This document shows, one piece after another, positions 37,486 through 48,783 of a DNA stretch of 64,000 bases. The position numbers were made by a program, and so were the translations under genes. The stretch's first letter is position 1. Every line of letters begins with the position of its first letter. The notes below the pieces were generated by a model. It was not told the DNA's origin and searched no databases. It saw nothing but the letters and a program-made list of their open reading frames with translations. Source of the stretch: Blepharisma stoltei ATCC 30299 (taxonomy: Eukaryota > Protista > Ciliophora); NCBI GenBank assembly GCA_965603825.1, contig CBFDEM010000009.1, positions 186,001 to 250,000 of the forward strand, given 5' to 3'.

Positions 37486-38628
37486 ATGTTTAAAATAAAA
37501 AATCTTATGAGAAATGGCTTGTTATATTGCGAAGTATTAAACGCTGACTATAAAATTTCCTTACAAAATTCTGCGATTACTGGGCAGGTTTCTGAGCTAA
37601 ATGATAGGTTTTCGAAGAGCATGGTATTGTCACTTACAAATAAAGGAAAGATAATCAGCCCAAGAGTCCCAAAAATGAGTACAGAGAACAGGCTGCCTTA
37701 TTTGGTTGTCCAAGCTTTTATTCCGAAGGGAAAACCGTTTATGCTTGAAATTGATGTAACTGATCATATGGCTGCAAAAAAGAAGCTAACTTTTATACAG
37801 TGCAATGAAATTATTAAAAGCTATAATTCAGCAAAAATACCTTCAAATGCGATTATAAAGGACATGTGGAATAATATTTGTATAGATATTCCTGCGTTTC
37901 TTAATCAATGCTTTAGGGTTAAATTAGACCATATTGATAAAGTTACAGTTCATGCATTTTGCAGAATTCGGCGTATTTTTTCTATCAAATTTCCCCTAAA
38001 AAACACAAGCCAAAGTATGGAAACACAATTAAGGCATGATATTCTTCCCACTGGAGTGGATATGCCAGAGTCAGTCCCTTTTATCTGCCAATACATTCAT
38101 CCTCAGCAAATTAATCCAAAAGACGAAGAAATAACAGAAGAAGACCAAAGCCCCAGAGAAGAAACTTTTGTCACAGACCAAAACCATGGCTTCCGCTCCC
38201 CAAAATTAAAGTCAAAGTACTCAGTCCCAGGAATGAAGATGTATGATAAAATCAATAAAGCTCAGTTGGGTCCAAAACTGTATAGGCAATGTAAGATATA
38301 AATAGATGCCATTGAAAAGCAGCTACTTTATGCATCTTCAACCCAAGCTCTTAATGATTTAGAAATGGAGCTATTGTCACCGAGTAAATCAATGCCAGAT
38401 TTTAAGGTAAAAACTGATATAAGAAAGAAAATTCCTATACTTTCAGAGTCGCAGTCAAATAATTCTTGAAACCATGAAGTCAAGTCAAAAAGCCCGACTT
38501 TTTATGATTCACTGATTGCAAGTTTAAATGAAGTGAGACATGAAACACCACCGTTCGTGAACTCAGGTCCAAGGACTTATGTTTATGATCCTTTGAGTCA
38601 TAGATATACACCTATGAGAATTTCATAG
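37486..38628 (+). CDS. CFAP20-domain protein (CFAP20DC/C3orf67-like), ~375 aa, one 15-nt intron
   Basis: PYLVVQ.FIP.GKPF.LEI.VTD, WNNICID, CRIRRIFS; C-terminal YVYDPLSHRY; ends in TAG. Confidence 0.75.
38291..38305 (+). other. 15-nt intron GTAAGATATAAATAG
   Basis: Removes TAA; the frame continues for about 107 codons. Confidence 0.8.
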
Positions 38629-38905
38629 AAATAAGTGTGAAAAATAGATAATTAAGAAATTTGGATAATAATTCACCATGGGAATTAAAAGAGGATGTTT
38701 AAGAATTTTCATCACTTTCTAAATATTTAGCTTTAATTGAATAATATCAGTTCGAAATTAGACATGCAATAAGTTCAGCTAATGTCATTCCAAAAACCCA
38801 AAGCTATTGCTGTATTTCTCCCATTAAGAGATACAAAAGCTAAGAATTTCCTTTATCTATTCTAAAATGTCACATTAAGTTCTATTTATAGGTGAACAAA
38901 TAAAT

Positions 38906-40978
38906 ATGATATACTTTCTTCTTGCTCTGACAGTTGTCTCTGCATTAACCTGTCCAAAGTATTCTTGCCATCAAGGAGGCTTCGATTTAGGCGAAACATG
39001 CGCCTATCAAACTAAAACTGGCGACGTAAAGATGCAAATCTGTGAAGCTTCGGTATTCTCTCCAACCTGTAATGTGAATCCATCGATCACAAAGAATTTT
39101 ACATGTGGACCTCGCCCTCAAAAGACTCTCGAAAACTTACTCCCAGGCCAGTTCTGCTATTTAGGCTCCCAATGTTTATCAGGGAATTGTTTAAATAATA
39201 AATGTGCAGGGCTTCCTTTTGGATCTTTATGCCAAAATCATGAGCAGTGCAATGTAGGGTTGTATTGCAGTTCATCTGGCAAGTGCTATGCTCAAGCTTC
39301 TCAATTCAATTTTTGCAATTCAGATTATGATTGCCAAAATCAATTCGCCTGCAATCGCACTTTATATAACTCTGGGACATGCATACCATATTACAGCGTT
39401 GCTAATGGAGACGGAATTGGGATGTGCGTCACTGGATTTTCAGAAGGCCAATCAAATTTATGCCAAAGTGGAGCTTGCACCCAAATTAACCCTAATCATA
39501 ATGGAGAAGGAATTTGTGTGCCTGCTTTTAAGAGCGACAAGCCATATCCTTTATCTTGTAATGCTGATGATGATTGCACTGCTCACAACAGCGCTGGGAC
39601 AGGAGCTGTAGGAACATGCAACTGTGGAATGGATAAAAATGGACTGGCTTACTGCAATGCTTGGACAGGGGATCCTCCAGCAGTTATTACAAGAGCATTG
39701 ATTTCTCAGCATGTATCACAACCAGGTATTTTAAACTGCCATACGATGCTCAGATTTACATCATATTGTTTCCAGCAGACATTACCAGCAGCTCAAGTCT
39801 TAAATTTGACCCAAAATATTTTACTTGCAGGCGATACCCCAAGATATCAAGGAAATGACTACTGCACCCAAACTATTTATAATGCTGACTACTGGAGAGT
39901 TTCTGCCTCAGATTTCACCTGCAAAGCATATGGCTGCAGAAGTGATTTGCAATGGAAATATGACAGCTGTATGACATATCTCGAAGGGTCTAACGAATTT
40001 GCCATAAAAACTTGTCCAAAAGGTGATTATTGCAACTTTGTCCAAATCCAAGGAAATCAATGGAACAATGTCACTTGTACAGTTGCTCCTACTGCAGCTC
40101 CTCTATACCCTGGAGAACTCTGCACTACAAACTCTCAATGCATTTCAGGATCTTGCACTTCAGGGAAATGCAAAGGCACATTTTTAGGCCAACAATGCCA
40201 TGACAGCAGCGAATGTCAGGTCGGATCTTACTGCTATTCAGTCAATTTTGTATTTATTTGTGTGCCTTTAATTCCTATCGGTTCTGATCAATGTGGCACA
40301 GAATACGATTGTGTCCCTCAAGCTGGATGCAATGCAACAAGGAATAATTTCCCAGGGACCTGTGTCAAGTATTTCTCAGCACCACTCGGAGCCATTGTGC
40401 CATGCCCTATAAGTGGATGGAATAGCTTATGCCAAAGCGGAACTTGCTATAATAATGGAATTGATGATAGAGGAACCTGTGTTGAAGCTCCAGTCACCTT
40501 GCCAACGTTCCCTGCTATGTGCACTACAAGTTCTCAATGCATTGGCTACAATTCGAATTTGAACCAACAATTTGTGGGATCTTGTGAGTGTGGGTTTAAC
40601 GGCGATGCTCAAAAATACTGTTCTCCTTTCCCTGGAGACGAGCCTGGTATTAAGTATTTGAAGCAGATTGCAGTACTCATGACATCAGATGCTATGAGTT
40701 TGTGCCAGACAACAAGAAGATATTATTCAGATTGCTTAGATATGGTTGCTAGCGCTCTAGGATTGGATTCTGATAACTATTACTCAGCCATGATGAATTT
40801 CACTAACTTTGTTTCTTACATTAACAACGATCAATGCGTTCAGGCTGTTATCAACAACGACTATTGGAGCAGGATCCCTGATAATCCTAATCCACCTACT
40901 CCTACGCCACCTCACAATGATACTGGCTCAGCAGGTATTTTATCTCTCGGCTTAGCACTATTAACTTTTATTAACTAA
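38906..40978 (+). CDS. Cys-rich, probably GPI-anchored surface protein with two ~320-aa internal repeats, 690 aa
   Basis: Signal peptide; PG..C....QC.SG.C...KC.G and C.CG....YC..GD.P each occur twice; Pro/Thr stalk; hydrophobic C-terminus. Confidence 0.88.
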   Translation: MIYFLLALTVVSALTCPKYSCHQGGFDLGETCAYQTKTGDVKMQICEASVFSPTCNVNPSITKNFTCGPRPQKTLENLLPGQFCYLGSQCLSGNCLNNKCAGLPFGSLCQNHEQCNVGLYCSSSGKCYAQASQFNFCNSDYDCQNQFACNRTLYNSGTCIPYYSVANGDGIGMCVTGFSEGQSNLCQSGACTQINPNHNGEGICVPAFKSDKPYPLSCNADDDCTAHNSAGTGAVGTCNCGMDKNGLAYCNAWTGDPPAVITRALISQHVSQPGILNCHTMLRFTSYCFQQTLPAAQVLNLTQNILLAGDTPRYQGNDYCTQTIYNADYWRVSASDFTCKAYGCRSDLQWKYDSCMTYLEGSNEFAIKTCPKGDYCNFVQIQGNQWNNVTCTVAPTAAPLYPGELCTTNSQCISGSCTSGKCKGTFLGQQCHDSSECQVGSYCYSVNFVFICVPLIPIGSDQCGTEYDCVPQAGCNATRNNFPGTCVKYFSAPLGAIVPCPISGWNSLCQSGTCYNNGIDDRGTCVEAPVTLPTFPAMCTTSSQCIGYNSNLNQQFVGSCECGFNGDAQKYCSPFPGDEPGIKYLKQIAVLMTSDAMSLCQTTRRYYSDCLDMVASALGLDSDNYYSAMMNFTNFVSYINNDQCVQAVINNDYWSRIPDNPNPPTPTPPHNDTGSAGILSLGLALLTFIN

Positions 40979-41080
40979 ATTTCGGTTAATTAATAGTAAT
41001 TTAAAATTATAAAACTGTAAGATTTTCCTTATTTCCAAAAAATAAAATGATAAAACTTCATTAGAATATAGCAAAAATCC

Positions 41081-41851
41081 ATGAAGAGAAGCTATAATTT
41101 AACGCCTACAAACATTGCTAGATCAGACACATGCCCTCCGTCAGTTACGCCAAGACATGCGTGTTCACCAGAAGTTGCTAGAAATATCATTAAGCTGTCT
41201 AAAATTGTTTATAACAACAAACACCCAGTGTCAAAAATCAAAGTATTAGAAAAGCAAGCTATCCGAGGAGAATTTGAGCCAGCTCTATCAGTTACTCCTA
41301 AGCAAAAGCAGGCTTTTTCTTTTAAACTTAGCCCAAGACTCGTAAAAAGCCCTATCAAAAATCCTGATTTGTCTAATTTTCCCAAACTTCCTTTTGGCAA
41401 ACACTCAAGCTGCAATGCTGACCAAGAACTTTCCTTTGAAAAAATAAAAGCGAAAACTCCAAAGCCCGATTTCAACAATAAATTTTCCTTTGGGCATGAT
41501 CAAAAAAGCCCATCATCCAAATTCTTAAATTTAAACTCGTCAAACTACCAAGTTTATGACACAAAAGCAGGAGTATTGGTATGCTTAAAAGAGAAAGAAG
41601 TCATAAATTCATATGAAAAAGAAAAAAATAAGTGAGCAGCGATGCTGAAAATGTATCAAACTTTTAGGGACATTGAAGAAGAAAAAAGGTGGAGAAAAAA
41701 GATTAAAGAAGTCCTAAACCGAGGCAAAAAATTCGAAATGCAAGAATATGCACCGCAGATTTTCACAGAAGAAGATCTGGAGTCAGAAGAAACCGGAGAC
41801 AACACAAAAAATGTTGCAAGACATCTGAAATATTTACAAAACGATTTATAA
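41081..41851 (+). CDS. Hypothetical basic protein, 256 aa
   Basis: Two in-frame ORFs joined via TGA. Confidence 0.72.
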
Positions 41852-41944
41852 AATATTTACGTATTTTAAAGTAACCAAAATTTATAATTAGAATGGTCTG
41901 ATAAAATAATTTTATTGTAATTAATTTAAAGTTAATTAAAGCGA

Positions 41945-42781
41945 TTAATTATTCATAATCTTTGGGTCAGGTAGAAGCTTGACTGATGATGATATATAAT
42001 GCTCTTTGCTCACCTTATTATACTTTGGGTTATGAGGCACAAAGAACTCATGATAAGAAGACTGGTTTGCTAAAGTTGTTCCAGATATCCAGCTGATCAG
42101 GTGCTTATTAGCTCTATTCATATTGTCTTTAATATCCTTTGCAGATATAGTATTTCTTCCTACATCTTCACTAATGCTTTTACGTTTCTCTATCGGTGGA
42201 AGTGTTGTCGTTTTTCTAGAAAGTTTGACTGTGGATACAGGATAGTGCAATTTCATAGAAAGTTTTGGCTCAGGAGTTTTCCAGTCATAGCTTTCTTTTT
42301 GGATAGAAATTGGAATATACCGTTGAATCTTAGCCACAGAGTGGAACCCTCTGAGAGCATCCAACATTAAAATCTTGAAATCTTCTTTATCATTTAGAGA
42401 TAGCCAGTGCTCAATAAATCACAGTGGTGTTGACTTTAAAACTGTTGCGTAAGGAAGAGTTGACAATTTGCTATATTTAAAGATATCATTAAAACTGCTA
42501 ACTTTCGAAGTTAAATTTCCAAATTCCATTGAATATGAACTTCTCATAGCGTTTCTCATTGCTTCAGTAGCTTGTGGGATTTCGTTTGCAGAGGGCCTTT
42601 TGGAGCTTCTGAATTTTTTTTGGCCATGATGTTTAGTTATTGCTCGAATAATCTTTAGACCTTTAAGTTCGTTTTTGGTTGCGTTGCATAATCATATATC
42701 GATTAAGTCGTGGTATTCTTCTTTGAAAATATCACGTGCTGTCTGATAATTTTTGTCTTTAGATAAGGCAGAGTCTGACAT
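41945..42781 (-). CDS. Hypothetical protein, 278 aa
   Basis: Frame traced open from ATG 42781 through two TGA to TAA. Confidence 0.72.
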
Positions 42782-43304
42782 TTCTTTAATTATCAACTTT
42801 TTTATTTGCTAGGTTTTTTGGAATAATGTAAAAAAGTTGTCGGAAAATGATAAATTTAGTTATCCAAATTATTTGTCTTGCTATAAATGTGAAAAATAAA
42901 TATTACTTTAATTAATTTTTAAAAATAATAGAAAAAATTAATATGCGATATCTTAATTAAAAATCTTTTTTATTATCGCTAGTTTTATATGGCTTATTCA
43001 AATTCATAATGATATGTCTCAAATAATAGTGCTATATGGTCTAAATATGGCTTTGGAGAATAATTTCATTGAATGCTTAAGACAAAAGTCAGACAACACA
43101 GAACTTGCTAGCAATGCTAAAATTAGCTAATTGTTGAGATTAAATTAAAAATTTTGAAATATAATTAATTAGTTTTTTTAATCAGCTTTTTAGGGAGAGA
43201 TAAGGCCTAAACCTGGTATTTTTCAGATCAGCATATAAAAATTGGTGACTAAGAAACTCGACTTAAAAAACTTAAGAGATCTGAAGATTATAAAATAAAC
43301 TTTC

Positions 43305-43892
43305 TTACATACTAAAGTACTCTTGAGTATATAAATAGAGTTCCGAATTATCTGCAGTTGAATTATCGGTTGACACACGTTTTTTACACACTGGGCACGA
43401 AGGCTTTGTCTCTATTCAAGTATCAACACATTCCGAGTGAAATTTATGAGGGCAGCCTAGTGCAGTTATAATTTGTCCTTTAGTAATGTCATTCATGCAA
43501 ATAGAGCAAAAGCTCTCTTCTTCAGCTTCTATGTGAGGCAAGCTGCTGGATATATCGATAGATTCTAAGGTATAATCAATGCTTCTTAATGTCGCCTCAT
43601 GAAGCTGTTCGATATACTGATCGACAGCACTCTGAATTACAACATCTAAAATCCTAAGCCGCTCCTCTTCAAAATGCACTCGTCTTGCTAGAAAATAAAT
43701 CCTGAGGAGGACTAAAAAAACTGTTGTAGAAATTCACCCAATCAACAAAAAAGTTTGAGAAATCAAACCAGCAAAAAAGAGCTTGAAAAAAATAAGCGCT
43801 GTTATCAAACAGCAGAGCTAGTTAAGGCTTACTAAAAAATACTTAGTTGACAAGCAATATATGAAGTACTTTAGTTGTGCCATCCATCCCAT
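43305..43892 (-). CDS. Membrane-anchored RING-H2 E3 ubiquitin ligase, ~190 aa, one 15-nt intron
   Basis: CSICM...CPHKFHSECVDTW(TGA)IETKPSCPVCK; two N-terminal hydrophobic helices. Confidence 0.85.
43818..43832 (-). other. 15-nt intron GTAAGCCTTAACTAG
   Basis: Removes an in-frame TAG and links to ATG 43892. Confidence 0.8.
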
Positions 43893-43967
43893 TTTTATGT
43901 GTAAATTGACTGATTTTTAAAAATAAAATAAATTTATTGTAAAACGAATGGAACATCACAATAAAAA

Positions 43968-45611
43968 TTAAGCCTGCTTTATTGTGCTGCGTCTTCTCCA
44001 TTTACTTTTTTCTCCAACCAATAATATCTCAGTTTGGCCTACCTTAGGGGTTGCATCAGCTGGCTCAGTCTCTTTGAAATCCCAAGAGCCTGCTTCAATT
44101 TCGCTATTTGAAGTCGTTAATTTCGTTAAAATTCTTTTGATCTTCATAAATCTTTCTTTATCCTTATCAGGAATTTCATAAATGGCTTCATATACATTCT
44201 GATGTAGTGATTTATTTTTTATTTCTTGTCCAGGCTCGCTTTTTTCTTTCACTGAAAGTATAAAAGGAATAATTTTTTCCCTCAGTGTTATAAAGATTTC
44301 TCGCAAATTTGAAATGTGCTCGCTTTGAGAAAATGGCCCATCCTCATATTGGTTATAAGTGCCAAAGCCCGAATTTAGTTTTGTAAGCATTTTTCTTCCT
44401 CACTGTAGCACTTGAGTTTTGTTCATTACGAACTCATTAAGCCTAAGCTTTAAATTTTCATTTTCTTTCAAAAGTCCATTTATTTTATTTTCCAATTCTT
44501 CTTTATTGCTCGCTTTTAAACCTTTTTCAGCAATCCCAAAAGACTTTAGGTCGCTTTCCAATTTTGTGTTTTTTTCTTTAGTTTCAGTGATTTTGGTTTT
44601 TAGATTGTACACAGATTTCATCAATTCCGCATAAGAGTGCTCGCTTGTTAAAAATTTGTCAATAACTTGGTTTATATCGTTAAGTCCTGTGGCTGCTCTT
44701 ATCTTATGAAAAGCTGTTTCGTATTGACTTGAATTCTTTGTAGATTTCTCAAATTTCTGGATCAAAAACCGAGCCCATAGCCTATGGGCTAAGAATCCTT
44801 CTCTGCTTTTATTCAGCTTTAAATCTTTTTCTTCATTTTCAGCAGCTTCAGAGATTTCTGCATGTCTTTTCTTTCTGTCTTCTCTCTTGCCAATAGCTTT
44901 TTGGCGAGATTTAAAATCTCTGTTCATTGCAGATACAATTTGTGTTTTTTCTTTAATTTCATACTCTACTGAATTGTTCAGCTTTTTATACACATTGATA
45001 GATCTTTTCTTTTTTTCTCTGGAGGTTAAATTCTTTCTGTGTTCATCATCAAGCAGGGATGCCTTATTTTTTAGATCCTCTCTTAGACTATTTGCTTTTA
45101 TCTCTAAATGGATCAAATTTTGCTTTGTTCGTTCCAAAATAGTTAAATTCACCATTTGGTCATTTTCTGATTTTTCTTGTTCCAGCTTGGTTTTCGTTAG
45201 ATTTTCTTCTAGGTATTTTAATTTTGAATTTAATGACTCTGCTCTGCTTCCTATAATAGCTTCTTGCTGCTCAAGCTGTCATAATTCTTTTCCTAATGTT
45301 TCTTTTTGAGTTTCTTCTTTTGTTCAAGAATTTCTAAAGAAGTTAAATCTTTTTTTAAGGATATTTAGCTGGTCAGAAGCTTCTGATGTATTTGTACTTT
45401 TAGCCGTAAAGGGGCATTGAAACCTTCCGATAGTTTGTGTGTCAATAAAGTCATTTGGATTTTGTGTAATCAAGAGATTTCGAACTTGGCGAATATTTGA
45501 ATTTTTTGCAAGATGAGAGTTTTGGGGAGAAAAACTTCTATTTTTTCACCTAAGAGTAGCGCTTTGAGAAATAGCTGTTCTAGGTCGGATACTTCTTCGA
45601 GGAGTGGACAT
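43968..45611 (-). CDS. Coiled-coil protein, outer dynein arm docking complex (ODA-DC)-like, 547 aa
   Basis: Frame traced open; long heptad region; YETAFHKIRAATGLNDINQVIDKFL resembles the ODA-DC family motif. Confidence 0.65.
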
Positions 45612-45818
45612 TATCTGATTTTATTTGTTAACTAGAAGAAAATAATTTAATTGATATTTCATTTGTACAGCCAATTCTAAATACTTGATAATTAAGATTA
45701 ATGATTATTTAGCATAACTTTCAAATTTCTAAAAGCCAATTTCAATATATCCTAATTGAAGAATCGATTCAATAAGCTAATTAATAAAAATTAATTTATG
45801 TAGCTACGAATATAAATA

Positions 45819-46349
45819 ATGGTTAGAACTATAAAAATCTCAAATGTTCCTATTGAAGCCACTAATAGTGATATTGAGAAATTCGTAGAATTATCTAGCA
45901 CTCAATTCTCTATTGACAGATTTGAGCCTCCAGTCGTCACTGTCCTCTTTGAAGATGATAGTGATGCTGAGAAAGCACTGTTCTTAAACGGAATGGAAAT
46001 TCTAGGTGTATCTGTCACTGTAGAATTTTACAATGAAGAGGATATAGATAAAGATTATCATATACTTTCTGCTCAGTCTATTGACCTCAAATTCTCTGAT
46101 GAAATCCCCCCAGCAATTTATGAAGAGAAAAAGCCAGAAGTTAACTTAGAGAAAGCCCAAAAGAAGTCCAAGCCAACTCCTGACAAATTTGATGAGCCTG
46201 CTAAGCAGAGATTACAAAATGTGTCACTTCCTGCTCGAAGAAAATTGGATGAAAAAGACCCTTTTTCGATCATAATGAATGTGAGTGTGTCTGGAGTTGT
46301 TGCATTTACCACCTTGGTGTACCTGACACTCTCCAGCTTTTGGGCTTAA
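45819..46349 (+). CDS. RRM-like protein with C-terminal TM segment, 176 aa
   Basis: RTIKISNVP...VLFEDDSDAEKALFLNG..I.G..VTV; hydrophobic C-terminus. Confidence 0.75.
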   Translation: MVRTIKISNVPIEATNSDIEKFVELSSTQFSIDRFEPPVVTVLFEDDSDAEKALFLNGMEILGVSVTVEFYNEEDIDKDYHILSAQSIDLKFSDEIPPAIYEEKKPEVNLEKAQKKSKPTPDKFDEPAKQRLQNVSLPARRKLDEKDPFSIIMNVSVSGVVAFTTLVYLTLSSFWA

Positions 46350-46689
46350 TAAATTAGCACTACTAGCTTAGATTAGTATTTTAAAGATTCTTAAGCTCAA
46401 TTCCATTCCATTCTATATTTTATTCTTTTTCTAAAATCAATATGATATTAGGCGATGCTATATTAATATGAAGCTAAATTAAGATATCCATGCAGTGAAC
46501 TTATTTCTTATTTGTCCCTTTTTAAAGCAACAATAAGCTATACCAAAATTTGGCGAAATCTCAAAAATTATCCTTATTTTTAAAGGCTTTGTAAAAATAC
46601 TTATAACTGCGCTTTAATTTCATTGTCCCTTTAATTACATTTATTAGTAATGGCTATTTTCTCCACATTTTCATTCTCAAATAAATATA

Positions 46690-48696
46690 ATGGGTGGTGG
46701 GACGAGTAAACCTAACTTCGAATACACGGTTCCTGTAATAGGCTCTGAGCGGCCAGGAGAATCACCTATTTATGTCAATCCCAAAGCCAAGCCATATCTC
46801 AGCACTCCTTTACCTACAGGCGCTGTCACCCTATATGAAAATTTTAAAGCAACAGTGAATCGTCATGCATCCAAGCCTTATCTCGGCACAAGAGTAAAAA
46901 ATCCAGACGGTACTCTTGGTGCATATCGTTGGAAAACTTACGGTGAAGTCTCAGATCTTGCAGCTCACGTTGGCTATGGCTTAGCCTCATTAGGCTTAAC
47001 TCAAAAGAATGAAGATGGGCTGTCATTTGTAGGGATTTATTCTAAGAATCGTGAAGAATGGATAATCACTGACCTCGCGTGTATGTGCCAAGGAATTACA
47101 ACAGTCCCTCTTTATGACACTCAGCAGCCTGATACCATCCAATACATTGTTGAACAAACTGGAATGCAAGGGATCGCATGTGCTGCCAAGCAAACGGAAA
47201 CTATTTTGAAGCTCAGAAGTGAAGGAGGTCTACAATCATTAAGAATTCTTATCCAGTTCGAAGAAGTCACTGAACAGCTCAAAGAGTCATTTGGCAAGCT
47301 CGGAATGGAAATTATGACACTAGCTGAAGTCGCAGTTATTGGAAAAGTAGGAGAAGACCAGCCTCCAACCCCTAACACAATCTATACTATCTGCTATACA
47401 AGTGGAACAACTGGCAGATCCAAAGGCGCAGTAATCACTCAGCAAAATATGATTTCTACGCTTGCAGGGATCATTGCTTTTGGAATTGACTTTTCAAGTG
47501 ATGATTCTTACATATCCTATTTACCTCTCGCCCATATGCTAGAGAGGATTATTTCTCAATTTGTCATTTTGCATGGCGCTCAGTATGGCTTTTACGCTGG
47601 AGATGTGTTGAAAATTAGAGAAGATTTGGCTGAGTTGAAACCAACTGTATTTGTATCAGTCCCAAGGCTATTTAATAGATTTCACGATTTAATCCAACAG
47701 CAGTTTGCATCAGCTACAGGAGTTAAGAAAATGCTTGTAAGCCGTGGACTTAGTGCTAAAATGTACGGATACGAAACTACAGGGACTCTTATAAACTCAG
47801 TATGGGATAAGCTTGTGTTTTCCAAAGTCAAAAACGTGCTTGGAGGAAGGGTAAGATTGATGCTCACTGGCTCAGCTCCTATTTCTGGGGATGTCCTTAA
47901 ATTCTTAAGGCTTGTCTTTTCATGCCCAATTTTAGAAGGTTATGGCCAAACAGAGACTTGTGCAGGCTCTGTGCTCACTGAGCCTACTGACACCGGATAT
48001 GGATATGTTGGGGGACCAATAGCCACTCTCGAAATAAAATTAGTTGACGTTCCAGACATGAACTATTTCAGTACTGATGTAAGCGAGGACGGCCAAAGGG
48101 CACCAAGAGGAGAAGTGTGCTTCAGAGGGCCACCTGTGTTCAAAGGATACTATAAAAGTCCTGAACAAACAGCAGAAGCTATAGACGAAGAAGGCTGGCT
48201 ACATTCTGGAGATATCGCTATCAGATTGCCAGGCAGTGGCGCTTTAAAACTAATTGATAGAAAGAAAAACTTCTTCAAGCTTGCACAAGGTGAATATGTT
48301 GCCGCTGAAAAGATAGAAATTGCTTACCAAAAAAGCTTCTTCATTAACCAGATTTTCGTCTATGGTGATTCTTTCCAATCTTACTTAATCGCCATTATAG
48401 TGCCTGATGAGCAATATATCAGAAAATCTTGGACAGATGCAAACCAAGTAGGCAAAGACACACCATTTGCTGATATTTGTGCAAATCCTAAACTAAAAGA
48501 AGATATTATTAAAGATATGAACAAACTCGCAAAAGAAGAAAAATTGCTTGGGTTCGAGGTCGTTAAAAAGATATATATTGAGCCAGTGCCTTGGACTCCT
48601 GAAGACTTGCTGACCCCAACTCAAAAACTGATGAGATTCCATGCAAAGAATAAATACATTGATGTGATTAACCAGCTCTATGCAGAGCCTTTATAA
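46690..48696 (+). CDS. ACSL: Long-chain acyl-CoA synthetase, 668 aa
   Basis: ICYTSGTTG.SKG, SYLPLAHMLE, EGYGQTE, GWLHSGD, IDRKKN.FKLAQGEYVA; MGGGTS myristoylation-type start. Confidence 0.95.
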   Translation: MGGGTSKPNFEYTVPVIGSERPGESPIYVNPKAKPYLSTPLPTGAVTLYENFKATVNRHASKPYLGTRVKNPDGTLGAYRWKTYGEVSDLAAHVGYGLASLGLTQKNEDGLSFVGIYSKNREEWIITDLACMCQGITTVPLYDTQQPDTIQYIVEQTGMQGIACAAKQTETILKLRSEGGLQSLRILIQFEEVTEQLKESFGKLGMEIMTLAEVAVIGKVGEDQPPTPNTIYTICYTSGTTGRSKGAVITQQNMISTLAGIIAFGIDFSSDDSYISYLPLAHMLERIISQFVILHGAQYGFYAGDVLKIREDLAELKPTVFVSVPRLFNRFHDLIQQQFASATGVKKMLVSRGLSAKMYGYETTGTLINSVWDKLVFSKVKNVLGGRVRLMLTGSAPISGDVLKFLRLVFSCPILEGYGQTETCAGSVLTEPTDTGYGYVGGPIATLEIKLVDVPDMNYFSTDVSEDGQRAPRGEVCFRGPPVFKGYYKSPEQTAEAIDEEGWLHSGDIAIRLPGSGALKLIDRKKNFFKLAQGEYVAAEKIEIAYQKSFFINQIFVYGDSFQSYLIAIIVPDEQYIRKSWTDANQVGKDTPFADICANPKLKEDIIKDMNKLAKEEKLLGFEVVKKIYIEPVPWTPEDLLTPTQKLMRFHAKNKYIDVINQLYAEPL

Positions 48697-48783
48697 CCTA
48701 ATTTTAGAATTTAGCTGAATATTTTTAATAAAAGTTCTTAAAATTATTATATTTTAGCATCCTTCTTTATTTTATCATAAAAG

